A DNA stretch of 64,000 bases from assembly GCA_903870015.1 (NCBI GenBank), contig CAIQBE010000050.1, forward strand, positions 15,984 to 79,983, read 5' to 3'. Below are positions 42,837 through 50,896 of the stretch, piece after piece; position 1 is the stretch's first letter; each line of letters opens with the position of its first letter. A program made the translations under genes and the position numbers. The stretch comes from an uncultured Thiotrichales bacterium (lineage in GTDB: Bacteria > Pseudomonadota > Gammaproteobacteria > Francisellales > CACEW01). The notes beneath the pieces are model-generated. The model searched no databases, had not been told where the DNA came from, and worked only from the letters and a program-made list of their open reading frames with translations.

Positions 42837-42882
42837 GGCGACACTCTTAGTTTTTTAACATTTGTCCCAATATCTTATACTG

Positions 42883-43185
42883 CTAACTATGAACACGCAA
42901 TTCGCGAGATGCCTCACTATTTTTTTTGGCAACTCCCTTTTGAAGCGGATGCTCTAATATAAACTGCCGCCCCGAAGCGCTCAGTGTAAAAATCCGCGCC
43001 GGCTTGCGCGCATATTGGTTCATCCATCTAATTTCCCGATCAATCATCCCTTCTTTTAAAAGGTTAGCGACAGCCATATTTTTCTTTGCCGCACGCTGAC
43101 GATGAAAATAACGATAGAGCTCAGTTTGAGTTAAAGCACCATGACGCAATAATGATCGTAGTATCCTTTTTTCAAAAATATCCAT
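42883..43185 (-). CDS. small winged-helix-like putative DNA-binding protein upstream of kdpA
   Basis: 100 aa. The pattern looks like helix-turn-helix plus wing (LTQTELYRYF ... AVANLLKEGMI ... ARIFTLSASG). Basic C-terminal tail. 46 nt upstream of kdpA on the same strand. Confidence 0.5.
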   Translation of the reverse strand: MDIFEKRILRSLLRHGALTQTELYRYFHRQRAAKKNMAVANLLKEGMIDREIRWMNQYARKPARIFTLSASGRQFILEHPLQKGVAKKNSEASRELRVHS

Positions 43186-43311
43186 ATTTGACCCACACCT
43201 ATGTTAATTGAACAATATACAAACAGACCGTAATTTACCACAAAAAACAATGGTGATCAAATAAAAATCACCTTCCCGGCAAAAACCACAAGACCATCCC
43301 AGCCCAACTCA

Positions 43312-43340
43312 TTGACAACCCTAGTATTTATGGGTATTCT
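43312..43340 (+). promoter_or_regulatory. candidate sigma70 promoter for phhAB
   Basis: TTGACA - 17 nt - TATTCT, 33 nt upstream of the phhA ATG. Confidence 0.4.
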
Positions 43341-43372
43341 GGAGGATATAAGCACCATAGAAGGAATACACT

Positions 43373-44185
43373 ATGAACAGCACCCCACGTTACGTCGCCC
43401 GCCCGCCTGATGCGAATGGCTTTATTGAATACACACCCGACGAACATAAAGTGTGGGAAACGCTCTATCAACGCCAAGTAAAGCTAATCGAAGGTCGAGC
43501 CTGCGACGCCTATTACGAAGGCGTGCTTCGACTGGGACTTAATCATCATAAAATTCCGCAATGCAAAGATGTCACCGATGTACTGCAATCCTTAACTGGA
43601 TGGTCAGTGACCCCAGTTGCTGCACTCATTTCATTTAAAGAATTTTTCGATCTCATTGCCAACCGCACATTTCCTGCCGCAAGCTTTATTCGACGGATAG
43701 AAGACTTGGATTATTTACAAGAACCTGATATTTTTCACGAAATTTTCGGTCATGGCCCACTATTAACCGACCCTGCTTTTGCCGCTTTTACTGAAGCTGT
43801 AGGTCAATTTGGCAAAACAGTTTTGCCGGAAGATCGCAAAATGCTAGCGCGTCTCTATTGGTTTACCGTAGAGTTTGGCTTGATCCAACATGGCCCAGAT
43901 TTAAAAATCTTTGGCGCAGGCATTTTATCCTCAAAAACTGAAAGCACCTATGCCTTAGATAGCGAGATCCCACAACGCAAGCCTTTTGATCTACTTGAAG
44001 TACTGCGCATGCCCTATCGCTACGATCAATTACAAAAAACTTATTTTATTATCAATAGCTTTGATGAACTTTATAACATGATCAACGGCAATTTAAATGA
44101 AGTGTTTAAAGAAGCCAAAGCCCTAGGCATGTTACCCGATCCTTTTGCTGAAAATCATGATCCCGATGACGTAAGGAGTTGCTAA
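43373..44185 (+). CDS. phhA: phenylalanine 4-monooxygenase
   Basis: 270 aa. PDIFHEIFGHGPLL iron-binding motif and YWFTVEFGL. Confidence 0.93.
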   Translation: MNSTPRYVARPPDANGFIEYTPDEHKVWETLYQRQVKLIEGRACDAYYEGVLRLGLNHHKIPQCKDVTDVLQSLTGWSVTPVAALISFKEFFDLIANRTFPAASFIRRIEDLDYLQEPDIFHEIFGHGPLLTDPAFAAFTEAVGQFGKTVLPEDRKMLARLYWFTVEFGLIQHGPDLKIFGAGILSSKTESTYALDSEIPQRKPFDLLEVLRMPYRYDQLQKTYFIINSFDELYNMINGNLNEVFKEAKALGMLPDPFAENHDPDDVRSC

Positions 44186-44512
44186 ATGTTAAATCAAAAA
44201 AAATGCCAAGCCTGCGAAGGCTTTTCAGAAGCCCTTGATCTTGACACCGCTACAAGATTTCTAAAAGAAACCCCAGAATGGCAATTAAACCCGGATCACA
44301 AAGCAATCGAGCGCCATTTTGAATTTAAAGGCTTTAATAAAGTCATGGGCTTTGTCAACGCCGTTGCCTGGATCGCCAATCAAGAAGGCCATCATCCGGA
44401 TATCAAACTGGGATACAACTATTGCAATATTATCTATACAACGCACGCCTTAAATGGCTTATCTGAGAATGATTTTATTTGCGCCGCTAAGATCGACCAG
44501 TTACTAATATAA
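44186..44512 (+). CDS. phhB: pterin-4-alpha-carbinolamine dehydratase
   Basis: 108 aa. EGHHPD motif. Starts immediately after phhA. Confidence 0.92.
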   Translation: MLNQKKCQACEGFSEALDLDTATRFLKETPEWQLNPDHKAIERHFEFKGFNKVMGFVNAVAWIANQEGHHPDIKLGYNYCNIIYTTHALNGLSENDFICAAKIDQLLI

Positions 44513-44517
44513 ACAAC

Positions 44518-44593
44518 TGGTAGGCACGAGTGGAATCGAACCACCGACCCCCACCATGTCAAGGTGGTGCTCTAACCGCTGAGCTACGTGCCT
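44518..44593 (-). tRNA. tRNA-Val (anticodon GAC)
   Basis: 76-nt cloverleaf: AGGCACG acceptor, anticodon loop TTGACAT, GGTTCGATTCC T-arm, encoded CCA. Confidence 0.92.
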
Positions 44594-44806
44594 AATTTAA
44601 GTGTGGCATTCTATAACACTTATCAAAGAAACTCAAATTTATTTGCAGTACTTTGTATACCCAATGCATTTAAAAGGTATAAAAGTAGATCACTACTTTT
44701 AAACACCATAAAAAAACACTAATAAAAAAATATAAGAGTAACCTTAATTGACAATAATAAACTTTATGAAATAATAAGATCAACCCAATCAACATAGACC
44801 ACCCCA

Positions 44807-45955
44807 ATGGCATCAGCCCCCCCCCCAAAAGAAATCAGCGCAGCAAGCCTTAGCGAAGAACAAAAAGTAGAAAAAAGATTGACCGCGATAGAAACAAACA
44901 TTGCAGAGACAACACCAAACATAGACAAACTAGAAGAACCATTGAAAAGTGAGGCAAAAAGATACCTACATGATATAAGCAATTTACAATACAAAATCCG
45001 CTATATGGTCACAAGACTAAGCGATGAGGCTGAGTTACGCGAAAATACAGAATACGCCACCGGAGTAAATGACTGGATTGCATATCAAGAGACACTGACC
45101 CTCGAACTAATGCGTATAAGCGGAGCCCCTGGTCTACCACCATCAAAAAAAAGCGAACCTATAGAGCTTCAATCAAAATTAAGCCTGGTAACAACAATGC
45201 TAAGAATTCTTATCCAGGAAGAAAAAGGAGCTGCTGTAGAATTTCGCACACATTTTGAATTACCGCAGACCCCTACCCTGTTCAATCTAGACTGGTTAGC
45301 GCTAGAGCGCGTCATCATGAACCTCGTTGGCAATGCCATTAAATTTACAGAAACAGGCTTCATTCGTATATTCATTAAAACAACATTACAACCAGAAACT
45401 CAGCAAGCGCACTTAGAACTGTCTATCCGAGACACAGGTATGGGCATGACAGGTAGGGAATGTAGCCGCATATTTCAATCCGGAGTACAAGCAAATGACA
45501 CTATAAGAGCCACCTACGGGGGCACCGGCATAGGCTTAACTTACTGCAAGGATGCGGTCACAGCAATCGGCGGCGGCAGCATTGCCCTTAAAAGCAAAAA
45601 ACGCTTAGGTGGCGAAGACGGGGGAAATGTAGCGCAGATAGAAGATGAAGATACCGAACGCGTTACACGGATAGACGAACCTGATTGGGGCACAAAATTT
45701 AGCTTTAGCATAAGCTGCGGTTACTCACAAGCATTGGCAATAAGCGTTGCAGGGGGCGCAGGAACCTCAACCCCATGGAAAGAAACTCCTGCTGACACAC
45801 CCACCTCTACACCTATGAGCGGGATCACCACTCCGAGACCGCACCCAAGAGAATCAACACCCATTGCCGATTCGGCTGTGAGGGATGCTGGATCAGAGAC
45901 AACAGAAGAAAAGCCAGGCCTCGCTAAAAAAAGAGACTGCTGCGAAGTGCAGTAA
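44807..45955 (+). CDS. sensor-less histidine-kinase core protein (DHp-like + HATPase_c) with a Pro/Thr-rich tail
   Basis: 382 aa. H-box-like YLHDISNL. N-box VIMNLVGNAIKFT, G1 DTGMGM and G2 GGTGIGL. No TM or sensor domain. An acidic insertion lies after G2. C-terminus is ...PGLAKKRDCCEVQ. C10 tract at 44817-44826. No obvious RBS. Confidence 0.7.
   Translation: MASAPPPKEISAASLSEEQKVEKRLTAIETNIAETTPNIDKLEEPLKSEAKRYLHDISNLQYKIRYMVTRLSDEAELRENTEYATGVNDWIAYQETLTLELMRISGAPGLPPSKKSEPIELQSKLSLVTTMLRILIQEEKGAAVEFRTHFELPQTPTLFNLDWLALERVIMNLVGNAIKFTETGFIRIFIKTTLQPETQQAHLELSIRDTGMGMTGRECSRIFQSGVQANDTIRATYGGTGIGLTYCKDAVTAIGGGSIALKSKKRLGGEDGGNVAQIEDEDTERVTRIDEPDWGTKFSFSISCGYSQALAISVAGGAGTSTPWKETPADTPTSTPMSGITTPRPHPRESTPIADSAVRDAGSETTEEKPGLAKKRDCCEVQ
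44817..44826 (+). repeat. homopolymeric C10 tract in codons 4-7 of the HK-core gene
   Basis: Counted directly: GCC CCC CCC CCA (A-P-P-P). Confidence 0.95.
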
Positions 45956-46030
45956 TACGAGCAAGGAAAAATTAGAGCCATTAGAGTGCCCCATGATTTG
46001 GGAAAGAGCCTATGAAGTAAGGAATGGCAC

Positions 46031-46079
46031 GCCGAGCCGTAGCGCTATTGGCCTTTAGCCAATACAGCGCGAAGGCTGG
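46031..46079 (-). repeat. tRNA-trailer hairpin element, copy B (abuts the CCA end of tRNA-Gly)
   Basis: 49 nt, about 84% identical to 20939..20986. The stem attggc/gccaat carries a compensatory double change relative to copy A. Confidence 0.6.
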
Positions 46080-46152
46080 AGCGGGAAACGAGGCTCGAAC
46101 TCGCGACCTCAACCTTGGCAAGGTTGCGCTCTACCAACTGAGCTATTCCCGC
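46077..46152 (-). tRNA. tRNA-Gly (anticodon GCC)
   Basis: 76-nt cloverleaf: GCGGGAA acceptor, anticodon loop TTGCCAA, AGTTCGAGCCT T-arm, encoded CCA. Confidence 0.93.
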
Positions 46153-46187
46153 ATTTAGGAGTTGCTATTCTAACGAATTATTTGCAT

Positions 46188-46216
46188 TTGTCAATTAGAA
46201 AATGAAGTGTTATAAT
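46188..46216 (+). promoter_or_regulatory. candidate sigma70 promoter for rne
   Basis: TTGTCA - 17 nt - TATAAT. It predicts a ~320-nt 5' UTR. Confidence 0.5.
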
Positions 46217-46222
46217 AAAAAA

Positions 46223-46542
46223 ACTTACAGAGTGCTTAAATTTTAGCTTACACTCATTGTTGTACCGCTCACGAAGAGCATGTTCTAGCCCTGTAAGCAT
46301 AAGCGCAATAGCCTTAAATAAGCATTGCATGAGCCAGCCAATAGATTGAGCTGTGTATAAAAAACGTAGATTTCTACCAGGATTCGTTAATGCTACTTTT
46401 AAAGTCACTAACTAACCAAAGCCTTGATACATCAAGAGCTTTACGCGCTAAAAGCGCCAAAAATCCTCGCCTGTCTCCACCACGAGACAGTTAGACTGCG
46501 TGTACCTGTACCCAGCTTAATCCAAAAAAAGGATTAAGTAAC
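46223..46542 (+). promoter_or_regulatory. long structured rne 5' leader (possible autoregulatory UTR)
   Basis: ~320 nt with no credible ORF. Hairpins: ctgtctc-caccac-gagacag (7 bp), gcgc-taaaa-gcgc, and taatcc-aaaaaaa-ggatta, which overlaps the RBS region. Confidence 0.45.
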
Positions 46543-48873
46543 ATGACTAAAAAGATACTAATAAACGCCACCCAGGCAGAAGAGATTCGCGTCGCCATTA
46601 TCGAGCAAAACACCCTTGTTGACCTTGATATCGAAGCCAGTCACCGCATTCAAAAGAAAGCCAATATATACAAAGCCAAGGTTTCCAGGATCGAACCCAG
46701 CCTGAACGCTGTATTCGTAGACTACGGCGCTGACCGCCACGGCTTCTTACCCATTAAAGAACTCGCCCCAGACTACATGGATCATAATCGCCCTAAGTTA
46801 TCTGAAGGCCAAGAAATCATTATCCAAATCGAAAAAGAAGAGCGCGGAACCAAGGGCGCAGCCGTTACTACCTTCATCACCCTAGCGGGCTGCTATTTGG
46901 TACTGATGCCCAACAGCCATCGCTCAGGCGGTGTTTCACGCCGTATCGAAGGCGATGACCGCCAACAGCTCAAAGAGCTGCTAGAAGGCTTAACCATCCC
47001 CGAGGATATGAGCGTTATTGCGCGCACTGCTTGCCTAGGCCGCACTCAAGAAGAATTACAATGGGACTTAGATAGCCTTTTAAAACTATGGACAACCGTT
47101 CAAGAGGAAATGCAAAAAAATCGCGCACCTTTCTTAATTTATCAAGAAAGCGATGTTATTATGCGCTCAGTACGTGATTATTTACGCCAAGATATTGAAG
47201 AAATCATCGTCGATGAACGCAAAACTTACGAACGCGTCTTGGACTTAGTACGTAATTTACGCCCTGATTTTGCAGAACGTGTACGCTTCTACCATAATGA
47301 TATTGGACTATTTACCTATCATCGTGTTGAAAGCCAGATCGAAACCGCCTATCAACGTGAAGTTAAATTACCCTCAGGTGGCGCAATTGTCATTGACCAT
47401 ACCGAAGCCTTAACCTCAATCGACATCAACTCCTCTCGGGCGACCAAAGGTGGAGACATCGAAGAAACAGCATTCCAAACCAACCGCGAAGCAGCACGTG
47501 AAGTCGCGCGCCAAATGAAATTACGTGACTTGGGCGGCTTGATAGTTATCGACTTTATCGACATGGAAAATCCAAAAAATCAACGCATTGTTGAAGATGA
47601 GTTAAGCGAAGCCGTGAAAAGCGATCGCGCACGCATCCAAACCGGTAAGATTTCACGTTTTGGCTTATTAGAACTCTCACGCCAACGCCTACGCCCTTCT
47701 TTAGAGGAGTCAAGCGGCATGATGTGCCCACGTTGCAGCGGCCAAGGTACTATTCGGGGTGTTGAGTCCCTATCTTTATCCATCATTCGCCTGATTCAAG
47801 AAGAAGCCATGCGCGCAGATACGCTTGAAGTCCACGTACAATTGCCTATTCCATTGGTAACCTTCATTTTAAATGAAAAACGTAATGTGATTTCACAAAT
47901 TGAGACCCAAAATAAAATCCGCGTGGTACTGATCCCCAACGCCAATCTCGAAACCCCGCATTATCAACTCACCAAAGTGACGCAATCCACCGATGAAGTC
48001 ACCCCTAGCTATATGATGCAAGTGCCTGTGACCACAGAAACTTATACCACGACTCAAGTGAAACTTAAAGAAGTTGAACAACCAGCGATCAAAAGCCTAA
48101 GCATCGAAGCAGCGCCAGTACGCGCCAGCTTTTTGAAAAAAACCCTGGGCGACTTGATCAGCAAAATAGGCAAAATATTCAGCGGCTCTGGCAATAATAA
48201 AAAAGACCGCAACAATGAAAACCGCAACAAAGGCTCATACGGCAACAACCGACGTAATGGCGGCAACAATAGCAACCGCGGCCAACGTGGAAACTCACGC
48301 AATCGCAACGACAATCGTCGCCGCACCGGAGGAGCGCCAGGAACAGGAGCAAGACCAGAACGCACGGAGCGCAACGACAGAAATGATCGCCGCCCTCAAC
48401 AAAACAACCGCACCGCAGGATCACAACAAACTCGCTCACCAAAACCCGCAGGCCCTGCCGATGCGCCCGCAGCAAAAGTGCGCGAGTTTACGCTCTCACC
48501 ACGTGAAACAGTAGCGCCAAAAGTTGAAAACGAAAAAATAATAGCAAAACCAGTAATTCTCGAATTCAACGAAAAAGCAGCTGCACCTCAAAGCGCACCA
48601 GAACCCAGAGAAATAAGCCCTCAAGTACGCACATTATTGGGCGGTGACGGCTTAAACGCTAATAACACCAACCAAGTGCAAAGCGCTAAAGCAACACATA
48701 GTGAACCAAAACTTCAACGCGAAGAAGTAGTACAAAAAACCAATTTCGCCGCTGACGAAGTACGCGAAGCGTTAAGAAAACAGCATGAACAAAGTGGTGA
48801 GCGTGTCGAAACTAAAGTCGCAGCACAAACTGCCAGCAACCCACACTTAAGCAAAGATATTGCAGAGCTATAA
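46543..48873 (+). CDS. rne: ribonuclease E
   Basis: 776 aa. S1 plus catalytic domain (MKKILINATQAEE..., DFIDM). Zn-link CPRCSGQG. Arg/Asn-rich disordered C-terminal half. Confidence 0.95.
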   Translation: MTKKILINATQAEEIRVAIIEQNTLVDLDIEASHRIQKKANIYKAKVSRIEPSLNAVFVDYGADRHGFLPIKELAPDYMDHNRPKLSEGQEIIIQIEKEERGTKGAAVTTFITLAGCYLVLMPNSHRSGGVSRRIEGDDRQQLKELLEGLTIPEDMSVIARTACLGRTQEELQWDLDSLLKLWTTVQEEMQKNRAPFLIYQESDVIMRSVRDYLRQDIEEIIVDERKTYERVLDLVRNLRPDFAERVRFYHNDIGLFTYHRVESQIETAYQREVKLPSGGAIVIDHTEALTSIDINSSRATKGGDIEETAFQTNREAAREVARQMKLRDLGGLIVIDFIDMENPKNQRIVEDELSEAVKSDRARIQTGKISRFGLLELSRQRLRPSLEESSGMMCPRCSGQGTIRGVESLSLSIIRLIQEEAMRADTLEVHVQLPIPLVTFILNEKRNVISQIETQNKIRVVLIPNANLETPHYQLTKVTQSTDEVTPSYMMQVPVTTETYTTTQVKLKEVEQPAIKSLSIEAAPVRASFLKKTLGDLISKIGKIFSGSGNNKKDRNNENRNKGSYGNNRRNGGNNSNRGQRGNSRNRNDNRRRTGGAPGTGARPERTERNDRNDRRPQQNNRTAGSQQTRSPKPAGPADAPAAKVREFTLSPRETVAPKVENEKIIAKPVILEFNEKAAAPQSAPEPREISPQVRTLLGGDGLNANNTNQVQSAKATHSEPKLQREEVVQKTNFAADEVREALRKQHEQSGERVETKVAAQTASNPHLSKDIAEL

Positions 48874-48914
48874 CAGGAAAAGCATCTTGAGGCTAACAGC
48901 CTCAGGATGCTTGT

Positions 48915-50189
48915 TTAGAGCGCAATCACTGTAAAATCTAAATACTTATGCAACGCCTCGGGAATATGAATATTCCCAGCCTCATCTTGATAATTTTCCA
49001 TAATGGCCACAAGGGTACGGCCAACTGCCAAACCCGAACCATTTAAAGTATGGACCAATTCATTTTTTTGTGTCTTCGCATCTTTAAAGCGCGCCTGCAT
49101 ACGCCGCGCCTGGAAATCCAGAAAATTACTGCAAGAGGAAATTTCGCGATAACAATTTTGCGCTGGCACCCAAACTTCCAAATCATAAGTCTTGGCTGCG
49201 CCATTACCAGTATCACCGGTACATAACAACATCACGCGATAAGGCAAACCTAGTTTTTGCAAAATGACTTCTGCATGCTGGGTAATTTCTTCAAGCGCCG
49301 CCCATGATTGCGAAGGATGCACGACATGAACTAACTCAATTTTTTCAAACTGATGCTGACGAATCATACCACGGGTATCTTTACCCGAACTCCCAACTTC
49401 ACTACGAAAACACGGAGTATGTGCCGTAAGCTTCAAAGGCAAATCTGCTTCATTGAGCACCATTTCACGAACAGTATTGGTCAATGAAACCTCAGCCGTC
49501 GGAATCAAATTAAGATTAAAAGGAACCGTTGTTTTAAAAAAATCATCGGCAAATTTAGGCAATTGGCCAGTACCATAAAAAGCCTCATCTTTTACCAAAT
49601 AAGGCACATACATTTCTTGATAGCCATGCTCACGCGTATGGGTATCGAGCATTAATTGAATCAAGGCGCGATGTAAAGCCGCTAATTGCCGACGCAACAC
49701 CACAAAACGAGCTCCAGACATTTTTGCTGCAACTTCAAAATCCATGGCCTGTAAAGCCTCGCCCAAAGCCACGTGATCTTTAGGCGTAAAACTAAATTGT
49801 TTGGGCGTACCTACACGACGCACTTCGACATTGTCGGCATCACTTGCTCCCGCTGGCACTGATGCATCAGGAATATTAGGAATATTTAACAAAAAGTCTT
49901 TAAATTGAATTTCGATCTGATTCAACTCTAATTCAAACCCTTGAAGCTGCGCATTAAGCGCCGCAGATTCCTGCATCAAATTTGTGGTATCTTCGCCTTT
50001 AGCTTTCGCCTGACCAATGGCTTTAGCAAACTTATTGCGCTCGCTTTGTAATTTTTCGGTCTGCGACTGCACGCTCTTACGCTGTTGTTCCAAACTTTGG
50101 AACAAAGACACATCCAAATCAAAGCCCTTTAAGCGCAATCTTGTTGCTACTTCGTCAATATTCGTACGTAATAATTTAGGATCAATCAT
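48915..50189 (-). CDS. serS: serine-tRNA ligase
   Basis: 424 aa. N-terminal coiled-coil arm and class II motifs (FRSEVGS..., TLNGSGLAVGRT). ATGA overlap with the rnpA stop. Confidence 0.95.
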   Translation of the reverse strand: MIDPKLLRTNIDEVATRLRLKGFDLDVSLFQSLEQQRKSVQSQTEKLQSERNKFAKAIGQAKAKGEDTTNLMQESAALNAQLQGFELELNQIEIQFKDFLLNIPNIPDASVPAGASDADNVEVRRVGTPKQFSFTPKDHVALGEALQAMDFEVAAKMSGARFVVLRRQLAALHRALIQLMLDTHTREHGYQEMYVPYLVKDEAFYGTGQLPKFADDFFKTTVPFNLNLIPTAEVSLTNTVREMVLNEADLPLKLTAHTPCFRSEVGSSGKDTRGMIRQHQFEKIELVHVVHPSQSWAALEEITQHAEVILQKLGLPYRVMLLCTGDTGNGAAKTYDLEVWVPAQNCYREISSCSNFLDFQARRMQARFKDAKTQKNELVHTLNGSGLAVGRTLVAIMENYQDEAGNIHIPEALHKYLDFTVIAL

Positions 50190-50590
50190 GGTTTTACCCC
50201 CGCCTCCAGTCTAAGTTTTTGCAGAAAAGAAAACAACTGCGCTAAATCTTGGTGCAATTCTTCATGGGTCGCTACATCAACGCCCTTTTTAGTCATGAGC
50301 ATCAAATGCAGCCCGGGCAATTCATGCTGGCCCAAACGAAAATACTCTCGAATCAAACGCTTAACTAAATTACGCCGAACAGAGGTTTTGGCATTTTTTT
50401 TACTAACGACAGTGCCAAAAGCAGAAATTTGATCCTGAGGAATGGTTTTATAAAATAAAATAAACAAACGCCCATGCTTTTTGTTGGCGCCATTAAAAAG
50501 ATCAGTAAAATTTCTTTTAGTAAAAAGCTGCGATTTTTTCAATGAAAAAGCCCCTTTAGATAAAGGGGCTTGAATAAGCGTTTGCGTCAC
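50186..50590 (-). CDS. rnpA: ribonuclease P protein component
   Basis: 134 aa from GTG 50590. VVSKKNAKTSVRRNLVKRLIREYFR RNR motif. Starts 17 nt after rpmH. Confidence 0.88.
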   Translation of the reverse strand: MTQTLIQAPLSKGAFSLKKSQLFTKRNFTDLFNGANKKHGRLFILFYKTIPQDQISAFGTVVSKKNAKTSVRRNLVKRLIREYFRLGQHELPGLHLMLMTKKGVDVATHEELHQDLAQLFSFLQKLRLEAGVKP

Positions 50591-50606
50591 AGGCTAAGCA
50601 CTAAGC

Positions 50607-50741
50607 TTATGCGCTAAGGCGCACTCTACCCTTTGCACGACGACGCGCCAAAACCTGACGACCTTTTTTAGTCGCCATACGCGCACGAAAACCATGCTTA
50701 CGTTTTTTACGTAAATTGTTAGGTTGATAAGTACGTTTCAT
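50607..50741 (-). CDS. rpmH: 50S ribosomal protein L34
   Basis: 44 aa, translated by hand: [44 protein letters not shown]. Below the ORF-track cutoff. An alternative ATG lies 6 nt upstream. Confidence 0.93.
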   Translation of the reverse strand: MKRTYQPNNLRKKRKHGFRARMATKKGRQVLARRRAKGRVRLSA

Positions 50742-50896
50742 TGCCATGATAATAACCCTTTTCTAAATTGAAGGGCAATTCTACTACGACTACGACTAAA
50801 ATGCAACATTTAAAAAAAGCCCAAAAATACCCATTGCATATCCAAGCAAATGCCCCATATAATAGATAAATATGATAACAAAGGGACGAAATAAAT

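Noticed and set aside
42837-42882. Looked for kdpF upstream of kdpA
   Set aside because: Only 46 nt separate kdpA from the preceding gene, and no ~29-codon hydrophobic ORF fits. I concluded kdpF is absent here rather than missed.
44764-44994. 76-aa minus-strand ORF overlapping the start of the HK-core gene
   Set aside because: It is antisense to a gene with clear kinase motifs further downstream in the + frame. Its product is hydrophobic and low-complexity, and no RBS is present.
46178-46408. 76-aa minus-strand ORF between tRNA-Gly and rne
   Set aside because: It lies inside the predicted rne 5' leader, has no RBS, an odd composition, and runs antisense to a strong promoter. It is more parsimoniously non-coding.
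48054-48514. Three overlapping ORFs (48054..48374 -, 48179..48475 -, 48215..48514 +) inside the 3' half of rne
   Set aside because: They lie in the Arg/Asn-rich low-complexity scaffold region of RNase E, where repetitive CGN/AAC codons keep alternative frames open. Their products are repetitive and Arg/Leu/Cys-rich, with no RBS. They are frame shadows.
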